64,000 bases of DNA from an uncultured Bacteroidota bacterium (GTDB lineage: Bacteria; Bacteroidota; Bacteroidia; Bacteroidales; GWA2-32-17): the NCBI GenBank assembly GCA_903872185.1, contig CAIQJL010000387.1:5027-69026 (forward strand), in the 5' to 3' direction. The notes beneath the pieces are model-generated. The model was not told the origin of the DNA. It made no database searches and saw only the letters and a program-made list of their open reading frames with translations. Positions 9,720 to 17,937 of the stretch are shown here, piece by piece. Both the position numbers and the translations under genes were made by a program. The number at the start of each line of letters is the position of its first letter. Position 1 is the first letter of the stretch.

Positions 9720-10745
9720 CTATCTTATGACATTTACTACCCCACTTTTATCATGCTCTATGTGATCACCATCATAAAACTTAACTAGCCAGGTATAACT
9801 ACCAACAGGAACTATAGCTCCACCGTTAGCACTTCCATCCCATCCATATTTTGCAGGTTGCTCAGGATCATATTTGTCAGTTTCATAAATTATAGAACCC
9901 CACCTATCAAAAATATATAAATGAAAATCTTTCGAACTAATTCCATTTCCTAAAACATAAAAGACATCATTTAGATCATCAAAGTCAGGAGATATAGCTG
10001 ATGGTGCATAGAAAGTATATTCATCACGAATTATAATAACACTGTTTACCGTATCACTACAACCTTTATCAGTAATTGCAACTAAATGTACAATATAACT
10101 TCCAATAGCAGGATACCAATGCATCGGATTTTTAATACTTGACGAATCACCATCACCAAAAGACCAAATGTATGTACTTGCAAATTCAGATAAGTTTGTA
10201 AAGAAAATCTGAGGCTTGATAAAGCTTGCTGATGCCGGATTTGCAACAAATCTTGCATCAGGGGCTGGCCAAACACTAATCATCTGTTGATGTAAAAAAG
10301 TACTGCTGCAACCTTGAGAAGTAGTAATAGTTAACGAAACATCAAATATTCCATCTTGAGTAAATTCATGTACAGCATTCATATCATATGAAATTGCATT
10401 ATAACTTGCATCACCAAAATTCCAATAATAAGTTTGGCCTGCCTGAGCAGATCCTGGAACAAATGAAACAGTTAATGGTTCACAACCTGCTACTGTATCG
10501 CTAACAAAACTTACAGGTGGAATTGGATTAACAGTAATATAAACTGAATCGTGAGCAACTGAACCACAACCATCTCTAACATATAAATATTGTAATCCTG
10601 AAGTTGCTGGTGAAATATAAACGGGTGGGATTAAAATATCTCCTGCAGTATTATATATTAAATAAGGAGGACCACCACCATTTATTATACTGACACTAAG
10701 TTGTGATGTATCACCTGGGCAAATAGAAGTTGGAGAAGCAATAAC
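9720..10745 (-). repeat. Copy 3 of the shared 3' cassette
   Basis: See copy 2. Confidence 0.8.
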
Positions 10746-13718
10746 ATCAACAACAAGTGGCAATGAAACAAGTACACTTACAATTACAGAATTACTTGTA
10801 CAACCTCTCGAATCGGAAACAGAAACGGTATAATTTGTTGTAGTTAAAGGATTAACTCCAATTGAAGGATTTGAAGCAACACCATTCCAATAATAAGTAT
10901 AGGCAGGCGTTCCACCAGCAGCATTTGCAGATAAATATGCAAATTCACCTGGGCAAATTGAATGTGTTGGAATTGCTGATACAATTAGTTGAGCTGGCTG
11001 ATAAATTGTTTTTGCACTTGTTGTTGAACAGCCATGTAAATCTGTAACAGTAATAGTATATATTCCTGCCGACAGACTACCAAAATGACCAACTGTATCA
11101 GTTTGCGAACCAATAGAGAATGTGTAAAAACCAATTCCACCACCAATTGTTATATCAATTGATCCATCATTAACCCCATAACAAGAAACATCTATTTTTG
11201 AAATTCCATTTATTACAAGTTGACTTGGCTGAGAAATAAAAGCTGCTGTTGAAGCAGTACAGAAATTTGCATCTGTAACAGTTACAAAATGAGTTCCAGC
11301 ACAAAGAGTATTATTCACTTGCGCATTTTGTGTTCCTGAAGCCCAACTGTACATATATGGTGGAGTACCGCCTGAACCAGTGATTGTAGCAGAACCATCA
11401 CAACTTCCATAACAATTAGCCGCTATAAAATTATTTGCAGTAGCAACTAATATTGCTGGTTGAGTAATTGTTACGCTAGCAGTTGTAGAACAACCATTAG
11501 CATCTGATGCAGTTACTATATAATTTCCTGAACAAAGATTATTTGCAATACTTATTCCTGAACCACTCGACCAATTGTAAGCATATGGTCCAGTTCCATT
11601 TATTGCAGTTGCAGTTGCACTTCCAGTACAAGAACCAAAACATGACGGATTAATAATTGAAGAAATTGATGCAGAAACTGATAATGGTTGAGTTACTGTA
11701 ATTGAATTTGTTGCAGTACAAAGATTTGCATCTAAAACAGTAACTATATAGTTACCTGCACACAAACCAGTAACAGATGGAAGAACTGTTGAATTTGGCC
11801 ATATATAATTATATCCAGGAGTACCTCCATTTGCTGCAACTGTAGCCATTCCATTACAAATTCCAGAGCATGTTGCATTTGTTGTTGAAACAATTGACAC
11901 ATTAACCTGAGTTGGTTGAGTTATTGTTACATTTGAGGTAACAGTACAACCATTATTATCCGAGGTAGTAATTGTATAAATTCCTGCAGCCAAATTTGAA
12001 GCTGTCGATATTGTACTAACTCCCCCGGTCCATAAATAAGTATATGGTGCAGTGCCTCCATTTACCGCTACACTTGCAGTACCAGAATTATTGTTATAAC
12101 AAGTTAAATTTGTTTGATTTGGAACAACGGTAATATTATTTGGTGAAGTAACAGTAAATGGGTAACTTTCTATACACCCTAAATTATCAGTAACTGTACC
12201 AATATAATTTCCATTAGTAAAAGGTGGTCCAACAACATTTGACCATGTATAAGAATATGGAGGAGTTCCACCACCAGGCACTGGAGTTGCATTACCTGTT
12301 GATCCAGCACAACCAATTGACCCAACATTTACAACATAAGTAAGATCAGGAGGATTATTAACCTGAACTGTTGTAACTGGACTCAGACAGTGATTGTCGC
12401 TAACCTGCAAAGTAATTGATTGTAATCCTGATGTACCCCAATTAACAGTATATGGTCCGACTCCTGTTCCAGAGACAATAGTTCCACCTCCAAATGTCCA
12501 ACCCCAGGTTGAAGTTGCCGATGCTGTTCCTGTATATGTAACAGTTGAATTTTGACCAAAACAATTTACAGGAGTTGCTGTAAATGTTGAAGTAGGATTT
12601 GCTGTAAAAGTAATTGCAACAACATCAGAACAGGTTAACCCTGTTGAATTTGTTATTGTCCATGTTAAATTATAAGTACCAGAAGCAGTTGCTGTAACTA
12701 ATGCGGTAGCAGAGTTTGTTGGTGTAAAAGAAATTCCAGCTGGCCCCGACCATGTTAAATTATAATCACCAGCTGCAGCAACTGCAGCGAGATTTGTACT
12801 TAAACCACAAACCGAAGCATCCGGTCCTGCATTTGCAGAACAAGCACTACATGGCCCTGGTGCAGTATACGTTACGCTATATGTACAAAAAGCATTATCA
12901 GAAAAGACAAAACTGACTGTATGAGTTGCCGCATCGCTATTTAATCCTGTTAAATTATAAGCAAGCGGACTAACAAAAGGTGCATTAAATGTTTGAGTTG
13001 CACCAGCATTATCAGTAATTGTCATTGTGCCTGTTGTTGGAGCATCATGAAAAGTTACAGTACCAGAAACAATATAAGCATTTGTACCTGGAGTACATGC
13101 AGATGGAACTGCAGTTGCATTTGTAAAAGCACATGGTGTAACAATTGCACAATTTGTAGATCCCGCTCCCGCTGCACCAACATTTGATTGTGAAAAAGTA
13201 ATATCACCGGCAGTATTACTATAATTTGTTATACAAAGCATATAATACTGGCCAGTTAAAGCATTTGATAAATGCAAATCTTCTACACTATTAATATCAA
13301 AACTGCAATCAATCATATTACCAGCAGGATAAGAGCCAGCTGGTGCAGGGTTTCCAGCAGCAGGACAATCAGTTGGGGTTGCACCAGAAGCCGTAAGTCC
13401 TGAAGCGCATGGTCCTGTTGGAGAAGTATAAGGGCCCCAGCAGGCAAAATCAATATCATTTCCTGTAGGAGATGTCATATTGATAGTAAGATTACCTGAC
13501 TGATCAATAAGCATATAATACCAAACTGGATTTGGTTGAGTAATAAGGCATCCATAATTAGGGCCTGACTCAGCTGAAGTATTTGTATTCATAGGGAAAC
13601 CATAGGTTACTCCTGTACAAAATGGTTCAGCAATATTACAACTTGTTCCTTGTGCAAATATTTGTCCGCTATATGCAAACAAAAAAAGGAATAATGAATA
13701 ATATAAAAACTTACTCAT
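9720..13718 (-). CDS. Giant secreted adhesin-like protein: diverged Cys-rich head + Ig-like modules + 6 SprB-type repeats + PKD modules + type-B T9SS C-terminal domain
   Basis: ORF track, 1332 aa. Signal peptide: MSKFLYYSLFLFLFAYSGQIFAQ. Head: SCNIAEPFCTG...NPVWYYMLIDQSGNLTINM..NDIDFACWGPYTSPTGPC. Six SprB-type repeats are collinear with those of 5838-9653. The C-terminal 99 aa are about 85% identical to 5838-9653 (15 differences counted by eye). Confidence 0.9.
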   Translation of the reverse strand: MSKFLYYSLFLFLFAYSGQIFAQGTSCNIAEPFCTGVTYGFPMNTNTSAESGPNYGCLITQPNPVWYYMLIDQSGNLTINMTSPTGNDIDFACWGPYTSPTGPCASGLTASGATPTDCPAAGNPAPAGSYPAGNMIDCSFDINSVEDLHLSNALTGQYYMLCITNYSNTAGDITFSQSNVGAAGAGSTNCAIVTPCAFTNATAVPSACTPGTNAYIVSGTVTFHDAPTTGTMTITDNAGATQTFNAPFVSPLAYNLTGLNSDAATHTVSFVFSDNAFCTYSVTYTAPGPCSACSANAGPDASVCGLSTNLAAVAAAGDYNLTWSGPAGISFTPTNSATALVTATASGTYNLTWTITNSTGLTCSDVVAITFTANPTSTFTATPVNCFGQNSTVTYTGTASATSTWGWTFGGGTIVSGTGVGPYTVNWGTSGLQSITLQVSDNHCLSPVTTVQVNNPPDLTYVVNVGSIGCAGSTGNATPVPGGGTPPYSYTWSNVVGPPFTNGNYIGTVTDNLGCIESYPFTVTSPNNITVVPNQTNLTCYNNNSGTASVAVNGGTAPYTYLWTGGVSTISTASNLAAGIYTITTSDNNGCTVTSNVTITQPTQVNVSIVSTTNATCSGICNGMATVAANGGTPGYNYIWPNSTVLPSVTGLCAGNYIVTVLDANLCTATNSITVTQPLSVSASISSIINPSCFGSCTGSATATAINGTGPYAYNWSSGSGISIANNLCSGNYIVTASDANGCSTTASVTITQPAILVATANNFIAANCYGSCDGSATITGSGGTPPYMYSWASGTQNAQVNNTLCAGTHFVTVTDANFCTASTAAFISQPSQLVINGISKIDVSCYGVNDGSIDITIGGGIGFYTFSIGSQTDTVGHFGSLSAGIYTITVTDLHGCSTTSAKTIYQPAQLIVSAIPTHSICPGEFAYLSANAAGGTPAYTYYWNGVASNPSIGVNPLTTTNYTVSVSDSRGCTSNSVIVSVLVSLPLVVDVIASPTSICPGDTSQLSVSIINGGGPPYLIYNTAGDILIPPVYISPATSGLQYLYVRDGCGSVAHDSVYITVNPIPPVSFVSDTVAGCEPLTVSFVPGSAQAGQTYYWNFGDASYNAISYDMNAVHEFTQDGIFDVSLTITTSQGCSSTFLHQQMISVWPAPDARFVANPASASFIKPQIFFTNLSEFASTYIWSFGDGDSSSIKNPMHWYPAIGSYIVHLVAITDKGCSDTVNSVIIIRDEYTFYAPSAISPDFDDLNDVFYVLGNGISSKDFHLYIFDRWGSIIYETDKYDPEQPAKYGWDGSANGGAIVPVGSYTWLVKFYDGDHIEHDKSGVVNVIR
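10985..12340 (-). repeat. Intragenic tandem array of 6 SprB-type repeats
   Basis: The array runs from VNVGSIGCAGSTGNA (about 12340) to TIYQPAQLI (about 10985). Units 3-6 are collinear with units 4-7 of 5838-9653. Confidence 0.8.
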
Positions 13719-13723
13719 AGTAT

Positions 13724-14362
13724 TTATTTTATATTTTTTAAGAAATTATCACGACGTAAAACTGCCTTATCATAATTTTCAGTGTATTTTGTTACATTTC
13801 CTTCAAACAAATACTTTGCATAATTATTACTTTGCATAAGTTGAATTTTTGCACCAAGATGGTAAACCTGAAAATTATAATAATCTATAAGAGTACTATC
13901 ATTACATTCTTTTGTGAAAACAAAATCTTTAAAAACAAACTCCATTGCTTTTTTCTGAGCCTCTTCATTATTAAGAAAAGTTTTGGTAAGAATCCTTACA
14001 TTTTCAATATAAAATTCAGCTAATCCAAAGCTTTCTAATATATTTCTAATATTACTTAAATTATTGGGAGTTTTTAAAAGCAATTCTCCTCTTTGAATTC
14101 CCGAATTATCGAAATCAGTAAAAGTTAATTTTTTAACAAATGCATGTTCTAAAACAGAGTTTTGCCACTGAATTTTTACTTCAGGAGTAAGGTTTTCCAC
14201 TGTAAAAACTAATTTTTCAATATCGTTAATATCACTTTTGGGTGCTTTTTTATTCTCTAAAATAAATTTCAAAACAGGTGCATTAGTTTTTTGCGATAAA
14301 CAATTAAAGTTTATAGCGCTAACTAAGAATAACATAACTGAAAATTGAAATATTTTTTTCAT
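13724..14362 (-). CDS. Small secreted protein of unknown function, first gene of the adhesin array
   Basis: ORF track, 212 aa. The N-terminus MKKIFQFSVMLFLVSAINFNCLSQ looks like a signal peptide, and the rest looks helix-rich with no motif I recognise. The stop at 13724-13726 is only 5 nt from the ATG (13718) of the next giant gene. Confidence 0.7.
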   Translation of the reverse strand: MKKIFQFSVMLFLVSAINFNCLSQKTNAPVLKFILENKKAPKSDINDIEKLVFTVENLTPEVKIQWQNSVLEHAFVKKLTFTDFDNSGIQRGELLLKTPNNLSNIRNILESFGLAEFYIENVRILTKTFLNNEEAQKKAMEFVFKDFVFTKECNDSTLIDYYNFQVYHLGAKIQLMQSNNYAKYLFEGNVTKYTENYDKAVLRRDNFLKNIK

Positions 14363-14473
14363 AAAACATTTTATTTTAAGACGAATGAAAAAACAAATGG
14401 TTGTCTATTTCGATTTAGATTATTGTAAATATAGAAAAAAAAATTATACTTGCATTTAAGTTTTCTTCCATAT

Positions 14474-16477
14474 ATGGCAAAAAAAGTAATTATAAAAAAG
14501 AGTATTTCATTTTTTGAAAATTTCAAAAAATGGCCACTTTATATTTACCTTTTAGTTTTTGCAGTTTATGGAAATACTGTTTTTAATAATTATGCTCTTG
14601 ATGATGAATTTGTAGTAAAAAACAATAAACAAGTTTCACTAGGGATTAAAGCAATTCCTGAAATTTTCACAACTCAGTATTTTCAAAACAAAACAACAAG
14701 TTTTGGTTATCGTCCGATTACAAAAGCAATTTTCGCAATTGAATATGAATTTTTTGGTGAAAATCCAAGAATAAGCCATTTGATTAATGTGCTATTATTC
14801 GCTCTTACCTGTACAATATTGTTAAAGTTATTAATTAGAATAATATTACCCAAAACTGGTCCTATCTTCTTATTTATTACAATGCTTATATGGATTCTAC
14901 ATCCAATTCACACAGAAGCGATTGCGAGCTTAAAAAACAGAGAAGAACTGATTTATTTATTGTTTTGCCTGCTTTCTCTTAAATATTTTATTTATTTTAT
15001 CGAGAAACAAAAATGGTATTTTTTATTATCTGCAATTAGCCTTTACATTCTCTCTTTCTTAACCAAACAAAGTGCAATTTCATTTACACTTATTATTCCA
15101 ATGGTACTTTGGTTTTTATTTATTAAAGTTGAACCAATAACTAATATACTTAAAAATAACTCAAGAATAATTTTATCGGTTACTTTATTATTTTTAATTA
15201 CCTATATTCTATACAAAATACCAAATTGGTTTTTCACATCTGATAAAATCGAGCTTTTATCTTTTGAAAATCCATTAAGGTTAGATCATTCTAAAGCTGC
15301 CAGGATTTCTTTATCTGCATATGCAATGCTTATAAACATTAAATTACTTTTTATACCTCATCCTTTAGTCTTTTATTATGGTCAATTTACAATTCCAGAA
15401 GTTAAGATAACAGATTTCTGGGTAATTTTCTCTTTAATAATTCATGCAATAATTCTATTTTTTACATTTAAATATTTAAAAAATAAATCAATATTATTAT
15501 TTGGCACATTGTTTTATTTTCTTGGTATTTTACCATTCTCAAATTATTTTATGGAGATAAATGGTATAATAGCAGAAAGATTTCTATATGCCCCTTCAAT
15601 TGGCTTTGCAATTGCTTTTACTTTCCTTTTATTTAAATTAACCAAAACAGCAAATGATTCTAAATCATTTAAAACTATAAATAATACATTAAAATATATT
15701 GTAATTATAATTGCCATTGTCTTTTCAATAAAAACAATTGCAAGAAACACTTCTTGGAAAGATGGAATGACACTCTACAGAAACGACATACAATATCTGG
15801 ATAATTCTGTTAAAGCTAATGATATTCTTGCTCAGGAAATGATGGATAAAATATTAAAAGAAATAAATATTAAAAAACCGTTTTCACAATTAAAACCTAG
15901 CCTGGACAGCATTATTCTTCTTTACAATCGCTCACTAGCACTTTTTCCAAACAATCCTAAAGCTTTAAATAATGTAGCAAATATTTATTTAAACTTTTTT
16001 AATAATCCCAATGTTGCAATAGGCTATATGAAAAAAGCATACTGTTTTAAACAAGACAATTTCGAAATCACATATAACATTGCTCAATGTTATGAAATGT
16101 TAAAGGAAGAAAACAATGCTATTATATACTACAACTTAGCAACTAATATTGACCCAAAATATCAAAAAACCTGGCAAAACATTATAAATATATATTACAA
16201 ACTTGGATTACCTGATAGTGCAAAATATACTTGTGAGAGAATGCTAACCAAAGATACTACATCAGAAATTCCATATGTAGGATTAGGTTATTATTATATA
16301 ACCAAAAAAGATACAGCTAATGCTATTACCTGTTGGGAAAAAGCCTTTACAAAAAACCCACAGAATTATGAACGAACAATAAGTTTATATAATTATTTTA
16401 GCACACATAATGACACTATTAAAGCTAAATATTATTTTCAAAAAGCATCAGAAGCTAAAATGTATAAACAAAAATAA
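14474..16477 (+). CDS. TMTC-like (DUF1736) GT-C family glycosyltransferase with C-terminal TPR repeats
   Basis: The ORF track starts at TTG 14450; I prefer the in-frame ATG at 14474 (MAKKVIIKK). It is a polytopic membrane N-half with an early-loop motif YALDDEFVVKNNKQV (compare the DD/DE motif of PMT/TMTC enzymes). A DUF1736-like stretch reads LLSFENPLRLDHSKAARISLSAYAMLINIKLLFIPHPLVFYYG. The C-terminal 200 aa contain TPR-like repeats (ALFPNNPKALNNVANIY, YYNLATNIDPKYQKTWQNI, WEKAFTKNPQNYE). Confidence 0.75.
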   Translation: MAKKVIIKKSISFFENFKKWPLYIYLLVFAVYGNTVFNNYALDDEFVVKNNKQVSLGIKAIPEIFTTQYFQNKTTSFGYRPITKAIFAIEYEFFGENPRISHLINVLLFALTCTILLKLLIRIILPKTGPIFLFITMLIWILHPIHTEAIASLKNREELIYLLFCLLSLKYFIYFIEKQKWYFLLSAISLYILSFLTKQSAISFTLIIPMVLWFLFIKVEPITNILKNNSRIILSVTLLFLITYILYKIPNWFFTSDKIELLSFENPLRLDHSKAARISLSAYAMLINIKLLFIPHPLVFYYGQFTIPEVKITDFWVIFSLIIHAIILFFTFKYLKNKSILLFGTLFYFLGILPFSNYFMEINGIIAERFLYAPSIGFAIAFTFLLFKLTKTANDSKSFKTINNTLKYIVIIIAIVFSIKTIARNTSWKDGMTLYRNDIQYLDNSVKANDILAQEMMDKILKEINIKKPFSQLKPSLDSIILLYNRSLALFPNNPKALNNVANIYLNFFNNPNVAIGYMKKAYCFKQDNFEITYNIAQCYEMLKEENNAIIYYNLATNIDPKYQKTWQNIINIYYKLGLPDSAKYTCERMLTKDTTSEIPYVGLGYYYITKKDTANAITCWEKAFTKNPQNYERTISLYNYFSTHNDTIKAKYYFQKASEAKMYKQK

Positions 16478-16494
16478 TTAAGTAAGGTATTTTA

Positions 16495-17820
16495 TTATTT
16501 GTTATAGCAAAAGTCAAAAAACAAGATTCTGCCCGAGAAATTAAAACTATTAATTTTTAACGAGTTAGGATAATTAAACTCCGATATAATATTATTATCA
16601 ACAATATAAAGAGTTTGTGAAATATTCTCGAATTTCATAAAATCAGCTCTATTTCCTGAAGCATAAATCGAAGTATTACCATAGGTTTTTTCTATGGTCA
16701 TTAAATTATTTCCAGCTGACAATAAATATTTATTATCCGGTGTTACAACTACATCATTAAAATTTCCTGAAATTATATTGCCAAATGTTTGCAAATTATT
16801 TATTTCAGTATAGTAAGTATACATTTGAATATTATTCTGACTATTGCCCCAAACTGTAGTTGAAATAGCTGAATTTGGCAAAATCTTAAAAGGCAAATAA
16901 TTTATTTGATATTTTGAAAGCAAGCCTCCATTTGGATACAATAACTGAATAGAATAACTATTATAATTATCATATTCAACAAAAGTTAAAAGTTTATTAT
17001 TACAAAAATTAAAACTTATTGGTACTCCATCTTCAATGGAATTAACATTTCTCACATTACCTAAATAATCATATCCATAAATATACCCATTTGCATCATT
17101 CACATAAGTATAATTTTCGTATACTTTTGTTTCACCTTTAAAAATATGACCAGGCGTTGTAAGTCCAGATTTTTGCCAAACAATTTGAAAATCAGGAATC
17201 GAATAAGTAATAAAGTTTCCATTATTTGTTAGTACTGACATTTGCTGAGTATAACTATTTACACAAGCACTAATAATAGTTGAAGAAATAATACCAATCT
17301 GATTAAAATTCCCTAAAGTATCATTACAAAAAATCTTTACTCCCGAGAAATCCTCAACCCCAACATAAATCGAATTTAAAACTTTAGGAATCTCAATAAT
17401 ATTAACCTTAATAAATTCATTTACTATACTATTACCATCGTCTGCGCGAATCACTATATAATATATTCCGGTTTCAAAATACTTATTGTTGAAAAAATAA
17501 AATTCATCGATGTTTATTACACTTCCCGAAAAAGTTTTTACCAACGGTAAAGTAAAAGTTTGCATTTGATCGTTAACTATATAAACGGAAACAGTTAATG
17601 GACCATAATCATCTGTAATAGTAGCCTTTACTCTGACACTATCAATTGCATTTAAAGTAATATTTGACAGAGGTAAAAATAAATTTATGGTTGGAGTTTC
17701 GTTCTTTTTTTCCTTTTTACACGATAAAATATAGAACAATGAAGTAATTAGCAATATAATATAAAATAATCTTATATTTAGAACATTGTTATTTAATCTA
17801 ATTATCTTATTTAATTGCAT
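16495..17820 (-). CDS. Hypothetical lipoprotein (Ig-like N-domain, beta-rich C-region)
   Basis: The ORF track starts at 17859; the internal ATG at 17820 gives MQLNKIIRLNNNVLNIRLFYIILLITSLFYILSC with a lipobox-like LSC. No catalytic motif recognised. Confidence 0.6.
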   Translation of the reverse strand: MQLNKIIRLNNNVLNIRLFYIILLITSLFYILSCKKEKKNETPTINLFLPLSNITLNAIDSVRVKATITDDYGPLTVSVYIVNDQMQTFTLPLVKTFSGSVINIDEFYFFNNKYFETGIYYIVIRADDGNSIVNEFIKVNIIEIPKVLNSIYVGVEDFSGVKIFCNDTLGNFNQIGIISSTIISACVNSYTQQMSVLTNNGNFITYSIPDFQIVWQKSGLTTPGHIFKGETKVYENYTYVNDANGYIYGYDYLGNVRNVNSIEDGVPISFNFCNNKLLTFVEYDNYNSYSIQLLYPNGGLLSKYQINYLPFKILPNSAISTTVWGNSQNNIQMYTYYTEINNLQTFGNIISGNFNDVVVTPDNKYLLSAGNNLMTIEKTYGNTSIYASGNRADFMKFENISQTLYIVDNNIISEFNYPNSLKINSFNFSGRILFFDFCYNK

Positions 17821-17912
17821 ACCACAAAGTTCAGAATTTTTCAACAAAATATCAAACATTCAGTTGTTAAAAAACAAATATTAATTATTGCCCAGCTTCA
17901 TTAATCAATGAT

Positions 17913-17920
17913 TAAATTTG
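17913..17920 (+). promoter_or_regulatory. Putative Bacteroidota -7 box (TAnnTTTG) for dnaB
   Basis: TAAATTTG lies 17 nt upstream of the dnaB ATG, with a TTG 22 nt further upstream. The motif occurs fairly often by chance in AT-rich DNA. Confidence 0.35.
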
Positions 17921-17937
17921 AATCCGAAATATAGATT

